Source of the DNA: Bacteroidota bacterium | GTDB taxonomy: Bacteria > Bacteroidota > Ignavibacteria > UBA10030 | Direction of reading: 5' to 3' | DNA length: 46,424 nucleotides | Assembly: GCA_017882185.1 (NCBI GenBank) | Contig: JADGQA010000003.1 | Coordinates: 1 to 46,424, forward strand | Shown: piece after piece, positions 10,665 to 19,684 of the stretch | Numbering within the stretch: position 1 is the stretch's first letter | Layout: each line of letters begins with the position of its first letter | Notes under the pieces: generated by a model | Seen by the model: the letters and a program-made list of their open reading frames with translations, nothing else | The model's database searches: none | Told to the model about the DNA's origin: nothing | Program-made: the position numbers and the translations under genes

Positions 10665-11159
10665 TCATTGCCCCTCGTTCGACGCTGATGACTGCCACTC
10701 TTCTACGGTTTTTGATGCTTCAAGGTATTCAGGGATCGGCACGAATACTTTTGCCGGTCTGCTAAGATTGCTCCGCGATTGAGAGGAATCTCCGCCTCCA
10801 TCCCACGCATATCCGATCGAACCAAAGTTTTGTACAAGCACGCGGTATTGTGCCTTCTCCAAGACTGATTTGATCAGTTCAGCATCATTGATCTCTGTCG
10901 ATTCAAATACTGTGGCCCAATCTTGCTGCACCTCCACGTCTTTGTGGTCAAGGCAGAACGTTCGTCCATGCACAATCTTGGAGCACTGCGGACACACCAG
11001 CTTCCTGCAGATAATACACACGCCGGTGGCGTTGATGGTTCGGTGGATTTCGCAAAGCTCGCGTTCTGCTGCTGCAAAAAGAACTCCGCAATGAGGACAG
11101 AAATCGCTGTCTTCGGTTACTTCTTCACTGCACTGTGAGCAGTTATCATACTGTGTCAT
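10665..11159 (-). CDS. Hypothetical protein: zinc ribbon + B-box-like Cys/His cluster + DUF2007-like C-terminal domain
   Basis: CSQC..CPHC; CEIH..CIIC..CPQC..CLDH; C-terminal W.TVF...AELIKSVLE...VFVP..EY.EA. Start could be GTG 11171. Confidence 0.65.
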   Translation of the reverse strand: MTQYDNCSQCSEEVTEDSDFCPHCGVLFAAAERELCEIHRTINATGVCIICRKLVCPQCSKIVHGRTFCLDHKDVEVQQDWATVFESTEINDAELIKSVLEKAQYRVLVQNFGSIGYAWDGGGDSSQSRSNLSRPAKVFVPIPEYLEASKTVEEWQSSASNEGQ

Positions 11160-11302
11160 TGTTCCATCCACTCAGGCACTCAGAGGGATCGAGTGCACAT
11201 TCCGTTCGCAGCATCACACAGTCGAAATTAGGAATGATTTTTCAATAAAACAATTTGATTGCGCGGGCGTTCATGGGGCGCTGAGGTCGAAAGGCTCAGT
11301 AA

Positions 11303-11512
11303 TCATCCACCACTGATCAGATGGATTACCTCAACTTGATCACCCTCTCTGAAAGAAGCCGTCTCTCTTTTCTCCCTCTTGATCAAATCACCATTGATCT
11401 TGATAACGAGGCTCTTGAATGAATAGTTCTTGAGAACGAGCAATTCAGAAATCGTCAACGACTGCTTGGTCGTCTCCAGAAATTCTTCCCTATTGTTAAG
11501 AACAATCTTCAT
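11303..11512 (-). CDS. thiS: ThiS/MoaD-family sulfur carrier protein
   Basis: 69 aa from ATG 11512, MKIVLNN...ING...GDQVEVIHLISGG, with C-terminal GG. Confidence 0.88.
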   Translation of the reverse strand: MKIVLNNREEFLETTKQSLTISELLVLKNYSFKSLVIKINGDLIKREKRETASFREGDQVEVIHLISGG

Positions 11513-11516
11513 TGGT

Positions 11517-12101
11517 CTAGTCACTCCCAAGCATGAGTTCAAGAGCCAGGTTCGCCATCATGTTCGCGACAATCCCTACGCGCGGAGCAAGCGGTGGGTT
11601 ATCATCGCTGGCTTCCGACTGCTGATCTCCCACGATGTACAAATTACCAGATCGCATCGATCCGATAAGATCGTTTTTTCCCCAGCCTGCCATTCCCACG
11701 CCTGATATCAGCGGCATCGACGGAAATGCAGTCTGAACACATTCTATGAGCATTTCTTTCATTTCCGCCCGGTCAAATGCTTCCAGGACTATATCGCAAC
11801 CGGAAAAAAGATCAGCGATGAGCGATGGCGTCAACTCCGCGAGATGTGCAAGCACGGCGATTGATGGATTGACCCTTCTCACATTCTCTTTTAACGCAAT
11901 GGCTTTATAGGATCCCACCTGGTCAGAGAAGTAATACTGACGGTTGAGGTTGCCCTCTTCGACTTTGTCAAAATCAACAAGAACGAGCGATCCAAGACCA
12001 ACCCTCGCAAGCGATATTGCCGCGTTTGAACCTAGTCCGCCACAGCCTGCAATCCCAACTGTCTTTCTCTTCAAAATTCTTTTGATATCGTCAACACGCA
12101 T
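11517..12101 (-). CDS. thiF: ThiF/MoeB-family sulfur carrier adenylyltransferase
   Basis: GIAGCGGLGS, VDFD.VE.GNLNRQ, EAFD, APRV. Likely start is ATG 12101 (ORF extends to 12182). Confidence 0.88.
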   Translation of the reverse strand: MRVDDIKRILKRKTVGIAGCGGLGSNAAISLARVGLGSLVLVDFDKVEEGNLNRQYYFSDQVGSYKAIALKENVRRVNPSIAVLAHLAELTPSLIADLFSGCDIVLEAFDRAEMKEMLIECVQTAFPSMPLISGVGMAGWGKNDLIGSMRSGNLYIVGDQQSEASDDNPPLAPRVGIVANMMANLALELMLGSD

Positions 12102-12182
12102 CGTCGCAGAACCGAGGTTAATTCTAGAAAGAATACCCCCGAAGGACGGATCAAGGAATGTAATCAAGAATAGCCGCGACAT

Positions 12183-14363
12183 CTATCTGAGATTGAGCTC
12201 ACCTCGATCGTACTTCCCGTGCAGCTCAACGAGTTCAGGCAAATCCATTCCCAGCTTCTTCAGCCGTTCCATCGTCGGCACACCATTCGCATCCCAACCA
12301 CGGCGTATGTACACTGCATCGAGGAGCTGTTCATAACGTCCTTCACGATATTTCCTCGTAGCCATCATTTTCTCTTCAAGGGTTCTGTCTGCAGGATCGA
12401 ACCCCACCGTCTCTTTCAGCTGTTTGTCGTAACGATCCTGGCGTGATAGGTACTCCTCCTTTGTGACCGGGCCGGCAGCGCGATACGGTTGCGCATCCCA
12501 TTTTCTGGTCCCATATCCCATCCGTAGATTGAACATTCTCTGATACTGATAGACTCGTTCAGAGTCTTCGATCAATCGCTCTTTGTCAAATGGACGTCCT
12601 GTCACGGCTTTATATATCGTGATATAATTGTCGACGTGTTCAGGTACCTTGGCGGGTTCACTCGTTTCCGCATTATCTGACGGTTCCACATCATTCCAGG
12701 GCAGTTTGCAGAACCCGCACAATCCAAACCAGGTTCTGAACATCGGGAAATAATAGAGGGCTTCGGCTTTGTTCTCAAATGTCGGGATCTGGTTGTTCAC
12801 CATATCCATAAAGATGAGCCAGGCCTCATCGTGCTGCGGTCCCTTATTGGTCATTGCGTATCCACCCTGTTGCGCAAGAGATTCCTTGGACATGTATTGT
12901 GAGTACTCGAGGCCTTTGTTCTCCATCCCAATGTCCTGGAGGAACTGCGCGTCGCCCCATCCTTTTTCAACGAACAGTCGCTTCAGCTTGCGGACACCGA
13001 TTCCAGCCGTCTTCCCGAATCCTTCGCCGCGAGCGAGCTGATGCAATAACTCCATTGCCGAGTCCGCGTTACCGAAATTGAGCTTCAGTCCGCCTGTCCT
13101 GGCCTGATTGAGTATCCCTTTTTCGTAGCATTCCATCAGGAAGGCAATCGTCGTTCCCCACGTGATTGTGCAAATCCCGTACGTATCACAATAAAAATTC
13201 ACTTCGATGACGTAGTCCGGATTAAAAATACCTGCGTTGGAGGCAATACCTGCGGCCGTTTCATATTCAGGCCCATCGACGATGACACATTGGCCCTTGT
13301 ACGGTCCTGAGCGAAGAACGTAATTGTTGACCCCCTTGGCGCAGCTCATATGACAACCCAGCCAGCATCCGTCGAACGATCCTTGTTCGAACCGAGACTT
13401 CCACGTTTCCGAATCAATATACCCCATCACATTCTTATTGCTGCCAAATTGGAAGTTGTTGATCGGCAGTAAATCATAATCGTTCATGATTTCCACGAGG
13501 TGCGCCGTCCCTTTTGCCCTCATCTGGTTTTGCTGATCGTCGAGCTCCTTGATCTCCTTGTTAAACCGTTGACCCCGCTCAATGATTGACTTCAAATCGA
13601 CAACATTGTTCACGTCCGCATCAACTCTCGCCACGAGTGCGACAATAGCTTTGATTTTCTTGTCCCGGAACACCGTACCTATGCCACCCCGACCTGCCTG
13701 TTTTAGCCGCACGCGCTTCTTTTTCTTGTCGTAGAAGCTGAAATTCAACATGCCAATCAAGGAATGTTCCGCGGCAACGCCGGTGGACACAACCGCGATC
13801 TTCATTTTGTCCTGTTCGGTCTTGCTATACATCTCGGTCAAGGCTTCAGCAAGCTCATGGCTGTTCACGGGATCCGAAGGTGCTTCTTCAATCCTGATGT
13901 GTCCTCCCTTTCGAACGTCAAGAATAATGATGACATCACGATCCGCTTTCCCCTGAAGCTCAAGGGCGTCGAATCCGCAGATTTTCAGGAATGGCCCAAA
14001 CCATCCGCCAACGTTGCTATCCATGGCAGACTCGGTTTGCGGCGAAATCGTCACGACGAGAGATTTGCCGGTACCGGAGTATTGCGTAACACCGCACACT
14101 GGTCCACCCGAGATTACAATTTCATTCTCCGGGTCATTCCACTTCGTGGTCGGGGTCGTAGCGTCCCAAAGATACTTCAGACCATACCCTTTCCCGCCTA
14201 TGAATTTCTCCTTCATTGACAGAGGAACATCCTTGATTTTGATCGTACTGTCGGACAGATTGACGTACAGCGTCTTGTCCGAATAGCCTTTCTCCATCGG
14301 CGTAATTTCGTATCTCAGCTCTTGTACCAACTTTCGCGTTTCGACGTCATCCATAATTTCCAC
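12183..14363 (-). CDS. Tungsten-dependent aldehyde:ferredoxin oxidoreductase (AOR/WOR family)
   Basis: FIGGKG, DSNVGG.FG, AGRGGIG.V...KKIKAI, CWLGCHMSC, GPEYET, CDTYGIC, KGLE, RGWD..GVPT. GTG 14363 lies 7 nt from AGGAG. Confidence 0.9.
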   Translation of the reverse strand: MEIMDDVETRKLVQELRYEITPMEKGYSDKTLYVNLSDSTIKIKDVPLSMKEKFIGGKGYGLKYLWDATTPTTKWNDPENEIVISGGPVCGVTQYSGTGKSLVVTISPQTESAMDSNVGGWFGPFLKICGFDALELQGKADRDVIIILDVRKGGHIRIEEAPSDPVNSHELAEALTEMYSKTEQDKMKIAVVSTGVAAEHSLIGMLNFSFYDKKKKRVRLKQAGRGGIGTVFRDKKIKAIVALVARVDADVNNVVDLKSIIERGQRFNKEIKELDDQQNQMRAKGTAHLVEIMNDYDLLPINNFQFGSNKNVMGYIDSETWKSRFEQGSFDGCWLGCHMSCAKGVNNYVLRSGPYKGQCVIVDGPEYETAAGIASNAGIFNPDYVIEVNFYCDTYGICTITWGTTIAFLMECYEKGILNQARTGGLKLNFGNADSAMELLHQLARGEGFGKTAGIGVRKLKRLFVEKGWGDAQFLQDIGMENKGLEYSQYMSKESLAQQGGYAMTNKGPQHDEAWLIFMDMVNNQIPTFENKAEALYYFPMFRTWFGLCGFCKLPWNDVEPSDNAETSEPAKVPEHVDNYITIYKAVTGRPFDKERLIEDSERVYQYQRMFNLRMGYGTRKWDAQPYRAAGPVTKEEYLSRQDRYDKQLKETVGFDPADRTLEEKMMATRKYREGRYEQLLDAVYIRRGWDANGVPTMERLKKLGMDLPELVELHGKYDRGELNLR

Positions 14364-14566
14364 TCTCACTCTCCTGATCCATAACCTATTGCGGCAAAAA
14401 ACTCCTCAAGACACTCTTTGAAATATAGCAAGGATTCGATCGAAACCCAATGTCACCATTCTCAACTTTGGGAAGCTTTTCGTCGATTTGCTGTAAAAGA
14501 AAATGATTCTTACACTGTGCGAGGATAGTTCTTCGATTGATTGCCCGATTATGGAGAAGGAGATCG

Positions 14567-15547
14567 ATGGGACGAATATGGATACCGGTTCTTGCGATTG
14601 CGGTGCTGATTGTCTTCAGCACTGCGGGATGTCAGAACAGTATGAGCGCAAATCAGCAACTCACGATCTTTCACGCCGGCAGCCTGACGGTTCCCTTTGA
14701 TCGAATCATTGATGGATTCAAAAAGGAACACCCGGGTGTAGAAGTGTTGAGAGAAATTGCAGGAAGCAGAGAATGCGCAAGAAAAATCTCCGAACTTCAT
14801 CAATCGTGCGATGTGTTTGCCTCGGCAGACTATGCTGTCATCGACAATCTTCTCATCCCCGATTACGCAGATTGGGATTTGAAATTCGCGACCAACGAAA
14901 TGAGCATCGTTTTCACCGACAAATCAAGACGCGCGGCCGACATCAATCCACAGAATTGGTTTGACATCCTCCAGGACAAGAATGTATCATTTGGGAGATC
15001 TGATCCCAACGCTGACCCTTGCGGTTACCGCACCATCATCACGATGAAACTTGCCGAACGATACTACGGCAAGAGCGGTTTGGCTGATCAGTTGTTGGCC
15101 AAGAACATTGAATACATCCGACCCAAGGAAGTTGATTTGCTCGCCTTGCTCGAGGTCGGAGAGCTCGACTATATTTTTATCTATCGTTCCGTTGCTGAAC
15201 AGCACGGCTTACGATACCTGAATCTGCCGGATGAGATCAATCTCAAAAGCCCGGAATTTGAGGATTATTACAAACAGGCATCGGTTGAGTTGGACGGCAA
15301 GAAACCGGACGAAAAAATCACTCAAGTTGGAGCTTCCATGGTCTACGGGGTGACAATTCCGAAAAATGCATCGAATCCTTCTCTGGCCAAAACATTTATC
15401 CACTACTTGATGGACAAGAATAAAGGGTTGAAGGTCCTGGCAGACCTGGGACAGCCGACGGTTGTTCCAACTTTCTGCTCAACGTACGACAAATTGCCGG
15501 ACGAGTTGAGACCGTATGCAAACAAACCGGAGCAACGAATCCCTTGA
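14567..15547 (+). CDS. wtpA: Tungstate ABC transporter substrate-binding lipoprotein
   Basis: Lipobox STAG-C; IFHAGSL, AGS, ASAD, DPNADPCGYR, RPKE, YRSVA motifs typical of WtpA. ATG 14567 follows GGAGAAGGAG. Confidence 0.9.
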   Translation: MGRIWIPVLAIAVLIVFSTAGCQNSMSANQQLTIFHAGSLTVPFDRIIDGFKKEHPGVEVLREIAGSRECARKISELHQSCDVFASADYAVIDNLLIPDYADWDLKFATNEMSIVFTDKSRRAADINPQNWFDILQDKNVSFGRSDPNADPCGYRTIITMKLAERYYGKSGLADQLLAKNIEYIRPKEVDLLALLEVGELDYIFIYRSVAEQHGLRYLNLPDEINLKSPEFEDYYKQASVELDGKKPDEKITQVGASMVYGVTIPKNASNPSLAKTFIHYLMDKNKGLKVLADLGQPTVVPTFCSTYDKLPDELRPYANKPEQRIP

Positions 15548-16347
15548 ATACGCTCCTGAGGAATAGCCGCACGCTGCAGCTTGCCTTCACATTTCTCGGG
15601 GGCCTCCTGCTTCTGTTCATCGTTGCGCCAATTGCAGGAATGTACTTCGGAACATCCCTGCACGCGCTCACTGATTCGGCAAACAACAAAGAAGTGCAGG
15701 ACAGCATTTGGCTGAGTCTTTGGACCTCAATGGCCGGGACGGTGCTATTTTCCTTCCTTGCGATACCATTCGCATACGTGTTGGCAAGGAAGGATTTTCC
15801 CTTCAAGAACCTGGTTCATGCCATCATTGATATTCCAATCATCATCCCACACTCTGCAGCCGGTATCGCGGTGTTGGGGATCGTGAGCAGAGATAGTGTT
15901 CTCGGAAAAATGGCGGATACTTTTGGGCTGAGATTTGTTGGTCACCCGGCCGGAATCATTGTAGCAATGGCCTTCGTGAGTATACCATTCCTCGTCAACG
16001 CAGCGCGCGACGGTTTTTCGGCGGTCCCGGAAAGGCTTGAAAAGATTGCCCTGACCCTCGGCGCATCGCCTGTCAGGGTGTTTTTCACGGTTTCATTGCC
16101 GCTCGCTTGGCGTTCGATCCTCTCCGGTTTCATCCTGATGTGGGGCCGGGGCATGAGCGAATTTGGCGCCGTCATCATTGTCGCCTACAACCCGCAAACA
16201 GCACCGGTGATGATTTACGAACGATTTACATCGTACGGACTTCAGTATTCGCTTCCAGTCGCGGCCTTGTTTGTTACAGTCTGTCTTGCACTCTTCCTCA
16301 TTCTTCGCCTGATCAAGAAACAGGTTCGTCATGTTGAAGCTCGATAA
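15544..16347 (+). CDS. wtpB: Tungstate/molybdate ABC transporter permease
   Basis: DIPIIIPHSAAGIA, EAA-like LEKIALTLGAS, RGMSEFGA. Overlaps the wtpA stop. Confidence 0.88.
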   Translation: MNTLLRNSRTLQLAFTFLGGLLLLFIVAPIAGMYFGTSLHALTDSANNKEVQDSIWLSLWTSMAGTVLFSFLAIPFAYVLARKDFPFKNLVHAIIDIPIIIPHSAAGIAVLGIVSRDSVLGKMADTFGLRFVGHPAGIIVAMAFVSIPFLVNAARDGFSAVPERLEKIALTLGASPVRVFFTVSLPLAWRSILSGFILMWGRGMSEFGAVIIVAYNPQTAPVMIYERFTSYGLQYSLPVAALFVTVCLALFLILRLIKKQVRHVEAR

Positions 16348-17389
16348 CATTTCCGTCACCGCCGGAAGTTTTCAACTGAAGAATGTCAGCTTCAACGTTG
16401 AACGGGGAGACTATTTTGTCATTCTCGGTCCATCGGGAGCGGGCAAGAGTGTTCTGCTCGAAGCGATTGCCGGTCTGCGCAAACCTGATTCTGGCACTAT
16501 TCATCTTCGCGGTGTCGATATCACTGGAGAGAGAATTCAGAAGAGAAACATTAGCATCGTATATCAGGACGCTGATTTGTTTCCCCATCTCTCTGTCTAT
16601 GAGAACATCGCTTATCCTTTGAAAAGCAGAAAAGAAGAGGGCGTCAAGGATAAGGTATTGGTAGCCGCGGAGCTGGTTGGTATACAAGACAAGCTTCATC
16701 GGAAACCGGATACTCTTTCCGGTGGCGAATACCAGCGTGTCTCGCTGGCGCGGAGCATTGCAGCCGATTCCGACATCATCCTGCTTGATGAACCCCTCTC
16801 ATCGATTGATTCGAAGGCGCGCGGAGACTTGAGAGCTCTCTTGAGGAGAATCAACCGCAAGGGAATTACCGTGATCCACGTGACGCACGACTACGAAGAG
16901 GCTATTTCCGTGGCGAACAAAATCGCGATCATGGAGCACGGCGAAGTCGTGCACGTTGATTCGCCTGAGGAAATTTTTAAACATCCTAAATCAGAATTTG
17001 TTGCTCATTTTATCGGTGTCAAGAATTTTCTCGGGGGTTCGCTGCGGAGCATTTCCAAAAGTGATCTGAAGACATTCACGACCAAGGGGCTCTCGATTTT
17101 CTGTCTTACTGATGCACCGGATGGCGAGGCATTCCTGATGATCGGTCCGGATGAGATCAGCATCGCGAATTCTCGACAGGCGACAAGCAACCGGAATCAA
17201 TTCATTGGAACAATCAAGGACATTGCGCAAGCGCGACTTGGCTGTGAGGTGACCGTGGACATCGGGTGTGACCTAGTCGTTACCATTTCTTCCGAAGCAA
17301 GGAAATCATTGAACCTCGAAATAGGGGGAGAAACGTGGGTGAGCTTCAAAGCATCCTCGTGCAAAATCTATAGGTCGGGAGACCTGTGA
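16331..17389 (+). CDS. wtpC: Tungstate/molybdate ABC transporter ATP-binding protein with C-terminal TOBE domain
   Basis: GPSGAGKS, LSGGE, LLDEP, HVTHD; C-terminal S.RNQ..G.I and FKAS TOBE pattern. Confidence 0.88.
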   Translation: MLKLDNISVTAGSFQLKNVSFNVERGDYFVILGPSGAGKSVLLEAIAGLRKPDSGTIHLRGVDITGERIQKRNISIVYQDADLFPHLSVYENIAYPLKSRKEEGVKDKVLVAAELVGIQDKLHRKPDTLSGGEYQRVSLARSIAADSDIILLDEPLSSIDSKARGDLRALLRRINRKGITVIHVTHDYEEAISVANKIAIMEHGEVVHVDSPEEIFKHPKSEFVAHFIGVKNFLGGSLRSISKSDLKTFTTKGLSIFCLTDAPDGEAFLMIGPDEISIANSRQATSNRNQFIGTIKDIAQARLGCEVTVDIGCDLVVTISSEARKSLNLEIGGETWVSFKASSCKIYRSGDL

Positions 17390-18573
17390 TCATGACCTCA
17401 CTGGAATCTGCGTTCGACATCATTCGACACGACTGCGAGGTTCTCGACACCGAACGAATCGAATTGACAGAAAGTCTCAATCGAGTACTTCGGGAGGACG
17501 TCATTTCCGATATCGACATGCCTCCCTTCGACAAGTCTGCTGTGGATGGCTATGCTTGCAGGAAAGAGGATATCAGGAGTTTGCTTACCGTCGTCGAAAC
17601 GATCCCGGCCGGCGTTCAGCCACAACGGACAATCGGGAACAATCAGTGTTCAAAAATCATGACGGGAGCAGTCATGCCCGAGGGTGCTGATTGCGTGCTG
17701 CTGCGCGAAGAAGTTGAAGTTGAAGTAGATGGCCACGGGAAAATCCGATTTAAGCGTGAAACAACCGCGGTGAACATTTGCTTTAAGGGAGAAGATGTCG
17801 TTGTTGGACAGAAACTGCTCTCAACAGGCGCGAGAATCACTTCGAGCCAAGTCGCAGCAATGGCTCTTGCCGGATATGCGAGTCCTCTCGTGAGCCGAAA
17901 ACCCAATGTTGGCATCATCGCAACCGGCGATGAAATCGTTGAACCTTCCATTCGTCCCGGACAATCACAAATCCGCAACAGCAATTCGTATCAGCTGTTC
18001 GCACATTGCCAGCAGTTCGGCTGCAATCCGAAATACTATGGGATCGTCAAAGATGTCAACGAATCCATCGAGGCGATGATTCAGAAAGCAAGAGATGAGA
18101 ACGACGTGTTACTCCTGACGGGCGGCGTATCGGCCGGCGAACTCGACCTCGTTCCCGCCCTGCTGGGAAAAATTGGATTTCAGATTCTGTTCCAGGGGGT
18201 CGGAATTCAGCCCGGCAGGCCAGCGATTTTCGGTAGAGCCGGGCGCAAGTATGTCTTTGGGATCCCCGGCAGTCCGGTTGCGTCATTCATCGTCTTCGAA
18301 GTGCTCATCAAAGAATTGCTCGCCGCAATGATGGGATTGACAAGGTTTGTCAGCATTGCCCGGTGTGCGTTGGCCTGCGACGTGAAGAGACAGAAAACTA
18401 ATCGGATCGGATGGCGACCTGTTTCCATCACTCCTGACGGAAACGCGCATCCTGTCGAATATCACGGTACGGCACACATAAGCTCATACGCCCTTGCCGA
18501 TGGCGTAATCTCCATTCCTGTCGGCGTCACAGAAATGAAAGAGGGATCGATGGTAGATGTAAGACTCTTCTAA
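17386..18573 (+). CDS. moeA: Molybdopterin molybdo/tungstotransferase
   Basis: PPFDKSAVDGYA, IMTGA.MP.GAD, TGDE, RNSN, TGGVSAG, QPGRP, GIPGSP. Confidence 0.93.
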   Translation: MIMTSLESAFDIIRHDCEVLDTERIELTESLNRVLREDVISDIDMPPFDKSAVDGYACRKEDIRSLLTVVETIPAGVQPQRTIGNNQCSKIMTGAVMPEGADCVLLREEVEVEVDGHGKIRFKRETTAVNICFKGEDVVVGQKLLSTGARITSSQVAAMALAGYASPLVSRKPNVGIIATGDEIVEPSIRPGQSQIRNSNSYQLFAHCQQFGCNPKYYGIVKDVNESIEAMIQKARDENDVLLLTGGVSAGELDLVPALLGKIGFQILFQGVGIQPGRPAIFGRAGRKYVFGIPGSPVASFIVFEVLIKELLAAMMGLTRFVSIARCALACDVKRQKTNRIGWRPVSITPDGNAHPVEYHGTAHISSYALADGVISIPVGVTEMKEGSMVDVRLF

Positions 18574-18607
18574 TTCTCTCAGAATCATTCCAACTCAAAG
18601 TCACCTC

Positions 18608-19621
18608 ATGAACCACACGTTACTAACCTGCATTTTACTCTTCACAATTTCGACTAAGGTCATCGCTCAATCGACGGACCAAGACAGCCTCTCCGCCGGA
18701 TCAGGGACCCTTGATTTCAAGATTACATCGATCCGGATTGATGGTGAAGTGGAAAATCCTGGCTTCGTGGACCTAAGCCAGCTGCCGCTGCGAACTGTTC
18801 GTATCAAGGAACTTGCCGTCGACGATACAGGACGGCAGCAGTTCAAAGGCGCTTTTCTTTACACAGGATATTCGCTCTTTGATGTCCTGAATACCATCAA
18901 AGTGAAGAAAGCGAATGAGAAAGAGTTTAGTCCTTCTACAGATCTTTACGTGATCATCGAGAACGAAAAGCGACAGAGAGCGGTCTTCAGTTGGGGAGAA
19001 ATCTTTTACGCAAGAAACGATTCCCGGATAATGCTTTCTAAGAGAGTCAAGGCGATCAATCCTTCGAAGCTAAAAGCGAAATGGCCTCTTCCGACGGGGC
19101 CGCGCCTCGTATGTGCAGACGATCTTAACAACGTTCGATCCGTCAACGATCCAAGTAAACTCATTGTGAAATCATTTGCTGGTTCATTCCCAGCAGAACA
19201 GCCTCAGGACATGTATTCAGCGGAGATCAAGATCGTGAATCGATCTCAAAGCTTCAGTGTCGGAAAAATTGGACCATCTGTCGAATTCCGAACATACGTC
19301 TCTGTCGGCTATGGACATGGCATGGGATACAAAGGCGTGCAAACGGTGGTTGGATATCTACTGAAAGATGTGTTGGACAGTGTAAAACTTGATCTGAATG
19401 ATTCCAGAGAGTCCATTGCTGTCGTGTCAGCAAAAGACGGCTATCGCGCGGTTTTTAGCATCAGCGAGATTTTCAATCGGGACGATAACCAGGACTTTCT
19501 CTTGGTGGACCAAAGAGAATCAAAAAAGGATGGGCGTTATTCCCTCTTCGCTTCACCAGACTTCTTTGTGGACAGAAATGTAAAAGCGATTGAGAAGATT
19601 GAGATTGTACGGATTGAATAG
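18608..19621 (+). CDS. Secreted hypothetical protein with two molybdopterin-oxidoreductase-like repeats
   Basis: Signal peptide; internal repeats GYSLFDVLN..RAVFSWGEIF and GYLLKDVLD..DGYRAVFSISEIF. Confidence 0.65.
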   Translation: MNHTLLTCILLFTISTKVIAQSTDQDSLSAGSGTLDFKITSIRIDGEVENPGFVDLSQLPLRTVRIKELAVDDTGRQQFKGAFLYTGYSLFDVLNTIKVKKANEKEFSPSTDLYVIIENEKRQRAVFSWGEIFYARNDSRIMLSKRVKAINPSKLKAKWPLPTGPRLVCADDLNNVRSVNDPSKLIVKSFAGSFPAEQPQDMYSAEIKIVNRSQSFSVGKIGPSVEFRTYVSVGYGHGMGYKGVQTVVGYLLKDVLDSVKLDLNDSRESIAVVSAKDGYRAVFSISEIFNRDDNQDFLLVDQRESKKDGRYSLFASPDFFVDRNVKAIEKIEIVRIE

Positions 19622-19684
19622 TCCTCTTTAACTCCGACTCACTTCCCGCAGGTAGACCTCATGCAAAGTGAGCCGGAAGTTTCT

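Noticed and set aside
14370-14566. Moco/Wco riboswitch or ModE box between AOR and wtpA
   Set aside because: No recognisable conserved motif or convincing palindrome by eye; an Infernal search would be needed.
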